Positions 38,680-51,732 of a stretch of DNA of 64,000 nt are shown here, piece after piece. How positions within the stretch are numbered: position 1 is the stretch's first letter; every line of letters begins with the position of its first letter. A program made the position numbers and the translations under genes. Below the pieces are notes generated by a model that did no database searches, was not told where the DNA came from, and was given only the letters and a program-made list of their open reading frames with translations. Origin of the DNA: Octopus sinensis (Eukaryota); contig NC_043003.1 of the NCBI RefSeq assembly GCF_006345805.1, positions 25,730,001-25,794,000 of the forward strand, in the 5' to 3' direction.

Positions 38680-39850
38680 TACCAGTTTCAATCACTTTAA
38701 AAGAAAATTTAGTCATGCTGAAAGAGAAAGGAAAATAAATTAATCTTTCATGATATCAGTTCTGGGTGTTCAAATGGTGCTAGTTGTGAGTTTTCTTCTA
38801 ATGCCTGCTGTGTCATAGTAGTAGCAATAACAGTTTGAGCAGTGGTTGTTCTTTGTTGTTAAGAAATAACTTAAATGTAGAAGCAGCAGATATGCTGGTA
38901 GCCATAGTAGTGACTATCAGTCTAATTTGTAGAAGCCACAGTGGTAGCTTCAGCAATAGTGACCCTTGTGGCGGTAGTAGAAGCTACAGTTGTAGTAGCA
39001 ATAATTTTAGTAGTTGTCGCCCGCAGTTATTTAGAAGTGATCAGTATTTTGGTCATGAAAACTGTTTCTTTATTAATGTGTAAATTTTGTGTAACTGCTC
39101 ATTTTGCATAAGGGGGTGATAGTAAAATGTTGTCGTTTCACTGAAGCCTACATTGTATTCCCGTATTTTAATTTAATTTAAAATACAAAAGTATTGAACT
39201 CGGTGAACATAATAGACATATATGCAGGTCAGAAACAAGAAAATTCTACAGTCTTCCTCTTATACCAATGTAACAACTGCACAAAAACAACACATTGATA
39301 AAGAAACAACTTTCATAACCAAACACCAACAACCGTGGGAGAGGAAAGGAGACAACTACTAAAACTGCTATAAATGTTACAGCTACTTCTACTGCTCCTT
39401 CAAGAGTCAGTACCACAACAACTATTGCTGAAGCTGCCACTTCTTAATGGACAACTTCCACTGCTTTAACCCTTTTAGCATTCAGATTATTGTGCCAAAT
39501 GCAATGCTTATTCACTGTTTGAAATTCATCAAAATCTCAAAGCTATGAGATAATGTAGGATTATGTGAGCATCTATTTGTAGAATGATATTGTAGGTTAG
39601 GTGTGAGAGATTTGATCTGTCCTATTTGAACATAGGACAGGTAGATTATATTGGCCAGTTTAAATGCTAAAGGGTTAACTGTCACTACTACTACACAGCA
39701 GCCATCAGAAAGAAACCAACTGGCAGCACCATGTGGATTTTGTAAGAAAGATATGAACCTCCAGAACTGATATCATGAAAAATTGATTTATTTTCCTTTA
39801 TCTCCTAACAGGACTAAATCTTTAAAAAATGATCGAAACCAGTTGCATAT
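38680..39850. repeat. Diverged inverted repeat pair
   Basis: 38700-38830 mirrors 39675-39820 (GGAAAATAAAT.AAT.TTTCATGATATCAGTTCTGG); 39040-39100 mirrors 39270-39330. Confidence 0.7.
39470..39674. mobile_element. piggyBac-like MITE (related copy about 58520-58720)
   Basis: TTAA|CCCTTTTAGCATT ... AATGCTAAAGGG|TTAA. Confidence 0.75.
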
Positions 39851-39949
39851 ATTGATAAAAATGCTTAAGTTTCTTTTATGCATGACAAAGTTCTCAAAGC
39901 ATTTTCTTTCAGTAATATAAATTCATTCATGTGAAACCTCTTAACCTTT

Positions 39950-40830
39950 ACAAGTAATTTTTTACAAGGAAAAGACTGGTTTATGCCTGATAATTATGCT
40001 GAGAAGGAGAAAACAGAGACCAATAACATAGAAGATATCTGAAAGTTTCTCTAAGACAAAGTGTTGTGAACCAGAAACTTGATTCCTGGTTGAAGCAAGG
40101 TTCCAATTATACAGATGGTAACTTGGTGAAGAAATAATATGGTAAATAGAGCCATAAAAGCTAAGAGTAAGGTATGGAAAGAATGGAAAAAAGCTGGAAA
40201 CTAGAAACATTAAGAACTGGAGATAGATATTTGGCATATTTAGTTGAATGTAAGAGGTTTTCCAATGTTCTGTGATGTGAGGATCAGAGGTATAAGAGAG
40301 AGCCCAGATTGCAGAGTGTTATTTCAGGATGTTTTAAAGATGTTTTTTGATGAAAATGTGTATGTAATAATAGCAGCACATTTGCTCTCAATGACACCAA
40401 AATGGGAGAAGTATGGAAAAGTAGATAGTGAGGTGACTGCATGTGTACAAAGTAAAATGTTGTATGATAGCAAAACATGAGTATTGAATGAGGAGATTAA
40501 GTAAAAGTTGAAAAAAATTAGGCAAGCACATTCTGCTAAATGTATGTTTGTGTCCACAGATGATGGAATGTAAATGAGCTGGGTTGAAAAGCTGAGAATG
40601 AAGGGAATCAGATGTGTATGCCAGAAAGAAGATTGAACTGATATGGACGTATGATTCATGTGGAGGATGGCAGTCAGGTAAAGAAATGCCAAGAGATACA
40701 AGTAGATAGAAATTGCAGAAGAGGAAGAACAAGTGAAAAAAGTTGGCCCACATAAAGAAAAGTGGCAAGATGCTGTCCTGAAGAAGATCCTTCCAACCCA
40801 TAAAACAAGGAAAAATGAATGTAAAATGAT
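39950..40830 (+). pseudogene. Old degraded RTE LINE fragment
   Basis: Peptides VNRAIKAKSKVWKEWKK and RLN*YGRMIHVEDGSQVKKCQEIQVDRNCRRGR resemble RTE ORF segments (compare 63549-63660). Confidence 0.55.
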
Positions 40831-41485
40831 AATGATGACAATGATATTAGAAGCCAGAGTTTCTTGAATCTTGATCTGAGTTTTATGTTATTGACTAAAT
40901 GATTGCAATAGGGAAACAGTGTGATGATATAAGTAAACATATGCAAAAATATTTTGAAATATGATTAACTAGCTACATCTGGATTTAATTGGTTGCCAGA
41001 AACAAAACAGAAAAAAAAACATAACGTTAGAAAACATGTTATACGTTCATCTATCATTCTCACAAGCAGAACACATTTTCATATATTCATATCATCAGAG
41101 TTATTTATAAACACATAAGCAAGTGGCTATAAATTGGTAAAAATTTAATGTTCAGCAACAGCAACCATTTTCTTTGCTAATGTGTTCCCATACATGATAA
41201 TGAAATCATGAAAATATCATGACACTGAATAAATACATATGATGCTTGTTTTTTGTTTTCTTTTTGTTTTTTTCTGGCAACTAATTAAATCCCAACATCT
41301 TGTTGGCTCATGAGATTTCAATATTTTTGCTTCTATGACATACAGCTTGTCTGCTTTAATCTTTTATGTAATCAGAAATGTGAAACTCAGAGTTAGAATT
41401 CATGAAGCTTCAACTTCAAGTAAAATATATACACAGTCTGCTGTATGGATTTTCTCTTTTTGTTTGCAAGCAGGCTTACCAATCA

Positions 41486-41532
<47 letters not shown>

Positions 41533-42033
41533 GATAGATAGATAGATATATATATACATATACACACACAGATCCATACACATAGATGGTAAGACACAAA
41601 GTATAAAAATGCAGTTGGTGCCAGAGCTGAAATCAGATTATGCACATAGACTGCAATATGCAGTCAGACCTTTTGAGTTTTGGCACACTCTAAATATTAG
41701 ATACACATATATATATACATACACACTATGTGCATATGTATGTATATGTATATATACAGTGCACGTCTAAAATTACTTATGTGTGTATTTATAGACAAGC
41801 ATCATTGTTTTAAAAGTGGACGTTAAAATGATGATAATGTATGTCTATAGAGGCACATAACTGCCTTTAAATACACACCATTATATATATACATATATAT
41901 ACACAAACACACATACATGCATGCATGTACATACAAACACCTGCCTATAACACATATACCCAGATATACATAAACAGATGAGTGGACATGTCACATACAC
42001 ATTCCCCTTTACACACTAACAGCAAAGCCTTTA

Positions 42034-42245
42034 CTATCGAACACGTTTTGAATGCTGTGGCAGCCAGTGAGCTAAGTGGATGGTGTTGTTGTCAGTGGCA
42101 AAGGCAAGTGAGGGCCCAAGTCCAGAGTCTGTAATGTCCAAACTGAGTACATGTTCCTGGCCAGAGTGGAGAATGTAGAGAGGTGCAGTCAAATCGATAT
42201 TTATCCAATCCTTGTCAGTTTCCAAACGATAAATGTACACGATAC
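42034..42245 (-). CDS. WD40-repeat protein, terminal coding exon
   Basis: Acceptor TTTTATTGCAG|GT, phase 1. Encodes GIVYIYRLE...SLAFATDNNTIHLAHW...RVR*. Confidence 0.8.
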
Positions 42246-43108
42246 CTGCAATAAAATGGCAGAAACACTGTAAATATATTATAATTAGTTTTTACGGTGG
42301 AAGAGGGAGACCCAAGAAGACATGGAATGAAGAATTGAAGGGCAATCTCCAAATGCTGAACCTTATGAAGCAGATGACAGAGGACTGAGATATGTAGTGC
42401 ATTGTTGTACTCAAGAAGACCAGCCCACCACAACAGAATTGAGGTCCTAAAACTAAGGTGCCACATACAAAGCATTGGTGTGGGTGCTGGTGCTATGAGG
42501 TCCCGTAGAAGCCATATTTGTAAATTCATCATCATTTAACATATGCTTATTTATGCTAGCAGGAGTTGGATGGAATTTGTTGTGGTGGATTTTTTTACAG
42601 CTGGGTGCCTTTCCTCTTGCCAAGGTAATATTTCTCATGATTAGACATTTTCACAGAATATTAGAAATGAAAGACACTGCATGACAGTGACACTCACAAT
42701 TATCACGAATCAGGGCAAGGAGACGGTCTCTCTCACACACATACACAAAATGCCAATCTTTGTTGTACAAGTAATGTGTTTTTAGCATGGTTTCCACAGC
42801 TGGAGGCCCTTCAAATTGCCAACTACTTTACAGTGTGGATTAGGTACTATTTATTGTGCATTAATGAGGTTGTCTTCCAAGACTAAACAGTTCTTTCTAC
42901 TCTGTATTAGTTTCTATTCAGAATTACAATTACACTAGACAGATTGGTTTCAATTGTAGCGTCCATTTCTCTTACATTTTTTTTTTTTTGTAATAAATGA
43001 GAGAATGAATAATATATAAGATTACAAACTCATTAGTCAAATGTTTAAAATGCATTACAGTGACTTACATTCCCCAGTTCACTTCACAGTCAGAAATAAG
43101 TACTAGAC

Positions 43109-43326
43109 AGTGAGCTGGCAGAATCGTTAGCACGCCAGGTGAAATGTTTAGCGGTATTTCGTTTGCCATTACGTTCTGAGTTCAAATTCTGCCAAGGTCA
43201 ACTTTGCCTTTCATCCTTTTGGGGTCGATAAATTAAGTACCAGTTATGCACTGGGGTCGATTACATCGACTTTACCCCTTTGTTTGTCCCCTCTATGTTT
43301 AGCTCCTTGTGGGCAATAAAGAAATG
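43109..43326 (+). mobile_element. SINE family B monomer with a perfect 17-bp TSD
   Basis: AGAAATAAGTACTAGAC at 43092-43108 and 43327-43343. Confidence 0.9.
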
Positions 43327-43952
43327 AGAAATAAGTACTAGACCACATGGAAATATCACCTACAATGAACTAGCATCTTATCCAGGAGCAAATTTATCTA
43401 CCATCTTTTTAACACTGTAAAACTGAAGCTAATTACTATCTCAAACTTCTCAGTTCGTCAGGCACATTTGTAATATTGTTTTACAGAATTGCTCCAGCAT
43501 GACCACAGCCTTTTGGTTAGGACCAATAAGGACAAAATTAAATCTGATTTTCCCCAAAATAAACATATTTAACACCAAAAAATGTTAGGGACAGGTATGG
43601 CTGCAGATCTGAGAAACATGCTTCCCAAACATGTGGGCCTGGATTTAGTCCCACTGCACAGCATCTTGGGCAAGTCTCTTCTACTGTGACCCCAGGCCAA
43701 CCTAAGCCTCATGAGTGGATTTCATAGGCAGAAACTGAAAAAAGCCTGCCTTTTACATTGTGTGTGCTGTGTTTGTCACCACTTGACAACTGGTTTTGAT
43801 TAGTTTCCATTCTTGTAACTTAGAGGTTCAGCAAAACAGGCTGACAGATTACTGGAGTCAATCTATTCAACTAAACTCTTCAAGGTGAGACTCCAGCATA
43901 ACCACAATCCAATTACTGAAACAAGATAAAAAAAAAATTTTTAATCCCTCAC

Positions 43953-44081
43953 CTGCCTTGACACCAACAGCAAGTATTGGTCCCCACAGAGATATATATT
44001 CTGGAGTTCTTGTAAGATCATGAAATATATTTTTCTCCACACAGCATTTGTCATTAGAGTAGACAGACAGAGTATGTTTCC
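43953..44081 (-). CDS. WD40-repeat protein, internal exon (129 nt, phase 1-1)
   Basis: TTATTTTCACAG|GG ... GCAG|GTGAGG. Encodes KHTLSVYS...ISLWGPILAVGVKA. Confidence 0.8.
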
Positions 44082-44354
44082 CTGTGAAAATAAGATGGAG
44101 TATATGTAACAAGGTTTCAAAATGTTTTGTAGAGAGAAAATAGGGAATTGAAGAAGAAAAAAAAAAATTCATTTAGAGCTATATTCAATGTGCAATTTCT
44201 TTCTATTCTTGTTACAGAATCAAAAGAAATATCTGATCCAATATTGAAGTTTTAACAAATGAAAACAAATTCTACTTTATATATTTTGCAGATGGAAATA
44301 TAGATGCTGAACTGCTAGGATACAGAGGTGTAAACAAGCAATAGTTGGGGACAA

Positions 44355-44642
44355 ACACTGGCCCCTGTGTTGGTGACACATAAAAAGCATCATTCGAGCG
44401 TTGTTGATGCTAGTGCCACCTGACTGACTCACATGCCAGTGCTGTCTGACTAGCCCCTATGCCCGTGGCACATAAAAAGCACCCACTACACTATCGGAGT
44501 GGTTGGCATTGGGAAGGGTATCCAGTTGTAGAAACCTTGCCAGATCAGATTGGCGCCTGGTGCAGCCTCCTGGTTCGACAGTCCTCAGCCAAACTGTCCA
44601 ACCCATACCAGCATGGAAAGCGGACGTTAAACGATGATGATG
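44355..44642 (+). mobile_element. RTE 3'UTR fragment with (GAT)n tail (similar copies 47383-47652 -, 50182-50540 +, 51519-51661 -)
   Basis: Repeated GGTGGCAC(A/G)TAAAAAGCACC motif also found at 63910-64000, downstream of the RTE ORF. Confidence 0.8.
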
Positions 44643-44879
44643 AATGTGTTGTACATAATAATGTAATAAACAAACATGGAAAGTGGATGTTAAACAACGA
44701 TCATAGAATTTTTGTCTGCCAAATTTACTCACAAGGCATTAGCCAACCTTGGGCTATAGTAAATGATACTTGCCCAAAGGGTTGAACCTGAAACCACAAA
44801 GTTGAGAAGCAAACTTTTAAACCACACAGCTATGCCAACAAACATATAATTAATGAACATCATGATGGCTACTCCACTC

Positions 44880-45152
44880 CTGATCTCCATGTGTCTAACA
44901 CACGTGGACATGCCTACAAAGTCAGAAAACAACACAGCTCCCATGACTTTTGGAAACATTTTTTCACGCTCAGAGTTGCTGAAGCATGGAATAAACTGCC
45001 TGCGTCAGTTGTTGACTGTCATGACACTGCATCCTTTAAGGCTCTCATGCTTTCCGAAATCCGCCGAAACTACACCTGATTATATATACACTTTAGATGA
45101 GTTGTAGTGCACATGAGCACTGTACACAATTATTATTATTATTATTATTATT
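44880..45152 (+). mobile_element. CR1 3' fragment
   Basis: Near-identical to 34875-35142. Confidence 0.85.
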
Positions 45153-45293
45153 AAACTCCAGGAACCTTAATCCATCCTCTTTCCTTCTATAGCCTCCACC
45201 ATCATTCATGGACATGAAAGTATATTCTACCAAATACTATCACCACCCTCTCACAAAATCTCCCTTATCACAATATAAGGGACTCTGACCTAC

Positions 45294-45441
45294 CTGACAA
45301 ACACAGAAGACGATCACCACAAAGTATGATTTGCTGTACTGGTCCAGATGATGAGAGAACATTGAAGGGTAAAAGATAACGTTTGTGGGTCTCAGTTAGT
45401 TCCCAGATATATATATTGCCCTCATCATCACCAGATGCAAC
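45294..45441 (-). CDS. WD40-repeat protein, internal exon (148 nt, phase 0-1); absent from the ORF track
   Basis: TTTTTCTTTAG|GTT ... TCAG|GTAGGT. Encodes VASGDDEGNIYIWELTE...VQQIILCGDRLLCLS. Confidence 0.85.
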
Positions 45442-45740
45442 CTAAAGAAAAATTAAAAGATATATAATCATCTGAATTAAAAATTTAAATGAAAAATCAT
45501 TCATTTTACATACATTTTTCTATGCTAGTATGAGTTACCTGAATATAGCATTGAAGCATTTTTATAGCTGGATGTCCTTCTTGTTGTCCTTACTTTTTCA
45601 AGTAAGGAATTTTCTTTTTCCCCGTCGCTTCAAAGGCAAGAAAACAAGTTATTGGCAGGAGTGCCAACAGCAACACCAGCTGAATAACTTAGTGAGCACC
45701 AATGTAAATATAGAAACTTGCTTGCTCATTCCCTCCCTCA

Positions 45741-45782
<42 letters not shown>

Positions 45783-46528
45783 TGATGAGGCATTTTTGCA
45801 AGTTTTCATCTACCAAATCCACTCACAAGACTTTGGTTGCCCTGGGGCTATAGCAGAAGAAATTGGCCTGAGGTAGTGTGCAGTAGGACTAAACCTGAAA
45901 CCATGAGCTTGGGAAGTGACAATGTGTGCATCTCTGATCATAATCAGGACTAGCTGGGGAGCTTGAGAGCCATGTGTTGAGAGGGGTTTAAAGGAAATAT
46001 TAGTCATTTTTCATACTTTCTTGCGGTAAGCAAATAAGAAATAACAATTGCTACCCAAGGACAAAAATCGTGTTACACAGTGCTATCATTATTTAATGCT
46101 CATGTTCCATGCTGCCATGGGTTGGACAGTTTGGCAGGATCCAATGGGCTCAAAGACTGTGCTGTACTCTAGTGTTTGCTTTGACATAGTTTCTACGGTT
46201 GGATGCTCTTCCTGACACCAACTGCTTTATAGCATGTACTGGATACCAGCACTAATGAGGTCACAATGCAACTTGCAAGACTAAGATCCTCTTTGAATAG
46301 GACCACAGGAGAGAGGGAGAGATGGCTTTACACTATGGGATGAAGGTTAAAGTGAGAGAGAAAGATCCAGCATAGAATGTGTACTGGACGCTTCCTTTTT
46401 GTGTTACCAGCACTAGTTCAGAAAATAAAATACCAAAGGAGAACATGGATGATTAAAAGATAATAAAACAACAATTGTGCATTCATATATTAGTTAAAGT
46501 GTGGTGTGCAACAAAACCAGGCACCTAC

Positions 46529-46685
46529 CTTATTTTTCCAAAGACATGTGGCTGTTATGTTTGATGAACCATGACCTAGCAGGTGAAAACGTCTGACAAT
46601 GTTGAAATCTGGTGTAAGCGTGAATACCCACTGGCCGTGAAGTATAGTGTCCTGGTTTCCAGTCACAAAGTTGGATCCCCAGGAA
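46529..46685 (-). CDS. WD40-repeat protein, internal exon (157 nt, phase 2-0)
   Basis: TTTTATTGTCTAG|T ... AAG|GTAGGT. Encodes SWGSNFVTGNQD...LLGHGSSNITATCLWKNK. Confidence 0.8.
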
Positions 46686-46814
46686 CTAGACAATAAAACA
46701 AACAATGAGAGGATGTAAAAACAACGTAACACAAAGTAACATGGAAAATATAATTTAAAAACAGCATTTCACACATTAGCATGATAAATTCTTAATATAT
46801 ATATATATATATAT

Positions 46815-47335
46815 ATATATGAACAAAGCACTGTCAAGAGCCTTGTCAGCATCTACACTGGCTACCAAGTTGAAGGTATGGGCTACACACTTCATGTGCA
46901 CTGGCAGGTTTAGGCCCAAGCCACTGGACTCATCAAGGATGGCATCAACAGAGATGTACTCAACTTCGTCCACATCCTCAACCCCTGGATCCACGTCCAG
47001 GTCAACATCGACATCCTCCACTTTCTGATCAGCAGCAGCCTCAAGAATGTCTGGCAAGAGTTCAATTCAGTACCAAACTGTATAAATGCCTTAACAAAAT
47101 TTTCCCATTGTCTGTCATGGTCCTGGTCACCTTGTCTGGCAGATGGAGCTTGTATTGGGTGTCCACCATGGCCTGGGCGAGAACATCAAGGGTGTGATGT
47201 CCTCTGAGGTGAGAGCAGGCCAGGATGGCATGTTGTCTCGGGATCTAGACAGTGTGTTGTCATCCCCAGGCAGGACCTGTTGTGGGTTGATCAACTGTCC
47301 AGAGTGATCACCACCCAGAGCAATCTTTAATTTAA
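46815..47335 (-). pseudogene. Tol2-like hAT transposase catalytic-domain fragment
   Basis: WVVITLDS*STHNRSCLGMTTHCLDP, HAILACSHLRGHHTLDVLA, KVTRTMTDNGKNFVKAF and KCVAHTFNLVA match the hAT D..D..CxxH layout. Contains frameshifts and stops. Confidence 0.85.
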
Positions 47336-47916
47336 AAATGTTAAATTGTAAAGAGACACAAGTTCTAAAGTTAGAAACCTATATCATCATCATCATTATC
47401 GCCCAACATCCGTATTCCGCGCTAGCACGGGTTGGATGGTTCGACCGGGATCTGGGGATCCAGGGGCTGCTCCAGGCTCCAGTCTGATCTGGCAGTGTTT
47501 CTACAGCTGGATGCCCTTCATAACGCCAACCACTCCGCGAGCGTAGTGGGTGCTTTTTACGTGCCACCTGCACAGGTGCCAGAGAGGTCTGGCATCGGCC
47601 ACGATCGGTTGGTGCTTTTTATGTGCCACTGGCACAGAAGCCAGTCGAAGCGGGGGCTAGCAGCAATCTAAAACCAACAAGGAAATAATTCACTGTCATT
47701 AAGAGTGACAAGGGTGTAGTGAGCACCAGCATTGCTAGAAATAGGAGTTGTAGACGCCTTAGCCACAAAAGCACATGGTCTCTTTGTATTGACAGGAGAG
47801 AAAACCCTACCCACTGTGAGTGAGATGCATTAGATTAGCATGCTAGTTTCATATAGGAAATTAATACTCATCAGTAATGCTTACTCCATCACAACTGATA
47901 GAGGCCAACTTACCCT

Positions 47917-48152
47917 GTCAAACACACGTGGACATGCCTACAAAGTCAGAAAACAATACAGCTCCCATGACTTTCGGAAACATTTTTTCACGCTCAGAGT
48001 TGCTGAAGCATGGAATAAACTGCCTGCGTCAGTTGTTGACTGCCATGACACTGCATCTTTTAAGGCCCTCATGCTTTCCGAAATCCGCCGAAACTACACC
48101 TGATTATATATACACTTTAGATGAGTTGTAGTGCACCTGAGCACTGTACACA

Positions 48153-48183
<31 letters not shown>
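47917..48183 (+). mobile_element. CR1 3' fragment
   Basis: Near-identical to the other CR1 tails; (ATT)n end. Confidence 0.85.
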
Positions 48184-48185
<2 letters not shown>

Positions 48186-48341
48186 ATTATGGAGAATGCC
48201 ATTGGAATCAGTGACTAATTTCACAAAATGGCAATGTGAAAATTATAAAATAATCATGGTGGCTAGCAGCAATTTAAAACCAACAAGGAAGTAATGTACC
48301 GTCGCTATATATAAACTGATGCAGAGTATGATCAAGGCCTA

Positions 48342-48374
<33 letters not shown>

Positions 48375-48802
48375 TAGCCTATCATCCATATCACACTAAC
48401 TGCAATGGATTTTGTGAGCACATAGTTTGTACAATTTTTCATCGGTAGGAAGGAGAAAGAACATTTGATCGCAGTATCTTATAACCATATTTTATTTATA
48501 GAAATTGCAGATTGTAGTTTAACATTTGTTACTAGGCTGTTCTGAATTCATGGAAATAGTGCTTATAATTTAAAGCCCTGTTATTAAACTTTTGAAAATA
48601 GTGACACTACCTTGATAGGTGACACTTTAGTGGGGATGAATAACTGAGATGAGGGATGGAATGATGGTTGGAATTTGGTAACTTCAGGACTTGAGGTTCA
48701 TTTATTCGTTATTTCATTAAAGACTTCTGTTTTGGCTGTGCAGACTTAATCAGGAGTGGAATATATATATATATATATATACATCTTTTATTTTCTTTTT
48801 TT

Positions 48803-49167
48803 TCTTTTACTTTTACTTGTTTCAGACATGTGACTGTGGCCATGCTGGAGCACTGCCTTTTAGTCGAGCAAATCGACCCCAGGACTTATTCTTTGTAAGC
48901 CTGGTACTCTATCAGTATCTTTTGATGAACCGCTAAGTGACAGGGATGTAAACACACCAGCATTGGTTGTCAAGCGATGTTAGAGGGGGGGACAAACATA
49001 TACACACACACATACATACGACGGGCTTCTTTCAGTTTCCGTCTACCAAATCCACTCACAAGGCTTTCGGTTGGCCCAAGGCTATAGTAGAAGACATTTG
49101 CCCAAGGTGCCACGTAGTGGGACTGAACCCGAAACCATGTGGTTTGTAAGCAAGCCACTCCTATGTC
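48803..49167 (-). mobile_element. SINE family A
   Basis: Reverse complement of 22953-23450, inserted between the two hAT fragments. Confidence 0.85.
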
Positions 49168-50124
49168 TTGCCTACATCTTGCCCAGAGTGTGGTGGGTCA
49201 TCGATGTCTAGCTGGGGTTCAGTGTCTTGATCAGGCTGACCACGATGGGGTACTCCACTACATGCAGTGGTAGAATGTTGTCAACAAACAGGTCTACAAT
49301 CCTTCCGCCCACCATAGAATGATGGACGCTGGTGCCAGTAGTTTGGGCAAACTGCTTCACCAATGCTGGGCTGGCATGCTTTCTTTGCATATGGCTGCAA
49401 TGACTGGCTAATGGCACTACTACCAGAAAATGGTCTGAGTTTCCCATGGCCTTGATCCTCTCCTCAATTTGGATGGCATGCACTGGGTATTTCCTCTTGT
49501 TGTAGTATTTCATTGCTTGTCCCTTGATAGTGGTCTCCTTGGGCTGGCACATGACGCACCGGAAGTACAAGACTTTGGCATTCCTCTTATCCCTTGACGT
49601 AAGGACAATGTAGCTCTCCATGTGCAACCATGGCTTCTGAGACTCCTGGCTCTTGACCTGAGTGACCTCTGCCTCACCTACAGCTGTTGCAGACTCCCCA
49701 ACAGGCCCTTCATCATCAGGCTGAACAAAAATGTCTTCACCTGCTATAACAATAAGCAATAACTTGTTAAGCTGATAATGTACACTGCTGTCGCTGACAC
49801 TGTAAGACTGTCTGTAATATGACAACATCTTAAGTGAAGGACAACTTACAACTGCAGAATTACACAATGCTATGCTGTGACGACCAATCACATCTTGTCT
49901 TGTGTAAACGTAGTCAGCCAATAGCATGTCTGACAGACTCTTCAAGACACACCCACAACAGACAAAAACAAACGTATGAATTTTGTTAGCAGACTTAAAG
50001 TTAGTCAAAGCTAATTGGTCTGCTGACAGTTTCCAAAGTTAGCAAAAGTGCTAATACACTAGACAAAAAGTTAGCTTCACTAATTAGCTGTTAGCAGATT
50101 AGTGGAACCGTACCCATACCACTG
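49168..50124 (-). mobile_element. 5' end and N-terminal coding part of the Tol2-like hAT element
   Basis: Terminus CAGTGGTATGGGTACGGTTCCACTAATC. ORF has BED-like FRCVMCQP and dimerisation-region VDNILPLHVVEYP...LIKTLNP. Confidence 0.75.
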
Positions 50125-50704
50125 TGTGTGTGTGTGTGTGTATATATATATGTGTGTGTGTATATATATATATATATATAACTGGCTTCCGTACCGGTAG
50201 CACGTAAAAAGCACCATTAAAGCGTGATCATTTCCTGCGTCGCCTTACTGGCACTTGTGCTGGTGGCACATGAAAAAACATTTGAGTGAGGTCATTGCCA
50301 GTGCCGCTGGACTGGCTCCTGTGCAGGTGGCACATAAAAAGCACCATTTGAACGTGGCCATTGCCAGTACCGCCTGACTGGCCCTCGTGCCGGTGGCACG
50401 TAAAAGCACCCACTACCAGCTGTAGAAACACTGCCAGATCAGATTGGAGTCTGGTGCAGCCATCTGATTCGCTAGACCTCAGTCAAATCGTCCAACCCAT
50501 GCCAGCATGGAAAGCAGACGTAAAACGATGATGATGATGATATAAATATATATACATAACATGCACCAGACAGAACACCTCCAAGATCAAGTCATTCTTC
50601 CAGCTCAGTGTAGTCTGGCTATTTACCATTAAGGTAACGTTGTGCACACCCTGGAAGTGCTGCCTTAAATCAACCAAAATATCTTCAAAATTAAAGTTAT
50701 TTAC

Positions 50705-50843
50705 CTGATTGATGTTACAATTGTTGAATGGGACAGGCAGCGGGTCATTCTGTGTTCTGATCTGTATGTAGTGTACAACAGTTCTCGGTCATCTGAGCCT
50801 GATATAATGGTGAAGGAGGTAGTCTTGCCATTTTTCAGATTAG
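50705..50843 (-). CDS. WD40-repeat protein, internal exon (139 nt, phase 1-2); absent from the ORF track
   Basis: TTCTTGTTTTCGTCGTAATGAACAG|CT ... AG|GTAAAT. Encodes NLKNGKTTSFTIISGSDDRELL...HSTIVTSI. Confidence 0.75.
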
Positions 50844-50952
50844 CTGTTCATTACGACGAAAACAAGAATAAAATGAGACTATAATTAGAAACAGAAAAAG
50901 ACATAGATGAAATTTCAACAACAGTTTGCAGATAGAAAACATTATATGCAAT

Positions 50953-51062
50953 GATGGCTATAGGCTATGAACTACCCAGTCATTATATGAGAAGATGGCT
51001 ATAGGCTATGAACTATCCAATCATTATATGAGAAGATGGCTATAGGCTAGGAACTATCCAGT
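50953..51062. repeat. 41-bp tandem repeat, about 2.7 copies
   Basis: Units start at 50953, 50994 and 51035 (GATGGCTATAGGCTATGAACTA...). Confidence 0.85.
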
Positions 51063-51289
51063 AAGTTCTGTCTTTTAGGATTACTTGCTGAAGACAATGA
51101 TCTACTTTGATAACAAATATAGTCTGAACATTTTCAGATGCAGCTGGCAGGTCATATCCTTGCTTGCAGTCACTGTCACTAGGCCTCCTTCCTCAATCTC
51201 AGATGAGGGCTGATGGTGGGAAGAGCCGCTGACTGAAGAATATCTGCCTCCATGAACTCCATCAGACCATGCAAGTATACACACACACA

Positions 51290-51387
<98 letters not shown>

Positions 51388-51659
51388 TACTTTGTATTCT
51401 ACACATGCTAGCCTTCCCGAGGTTGATGTCCCGCATGCACTACACTAGTTACTGGAGTTGAGTGTGGAATTAACTGCTGAGTCCAATCTTTGGTCATGTG
51501 TCATGCTTCACAGCCCATATCATCATCATCATCATTTAGCATCTGCTTTCCATGCTAGCATGGGTTGGACGGTTCAACGGGGGTCTGTGAAGCCAGAAGG
51601 CTGCATCAGGCCCAGTCTGATCTAGCAGTGTTTCTACGGCTGGATGCCCTTCCTAACGC

Positions 51660-51696
<37 letters not shown>

Positions 51697-51732
<36 letters not shown>

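Noticed and set aside
51102-51280. WD-like peptide VTASKDMTCQL inside the WD40 gene
   Set aside because: No convincing splice sites; the flanking exons already join in phase.
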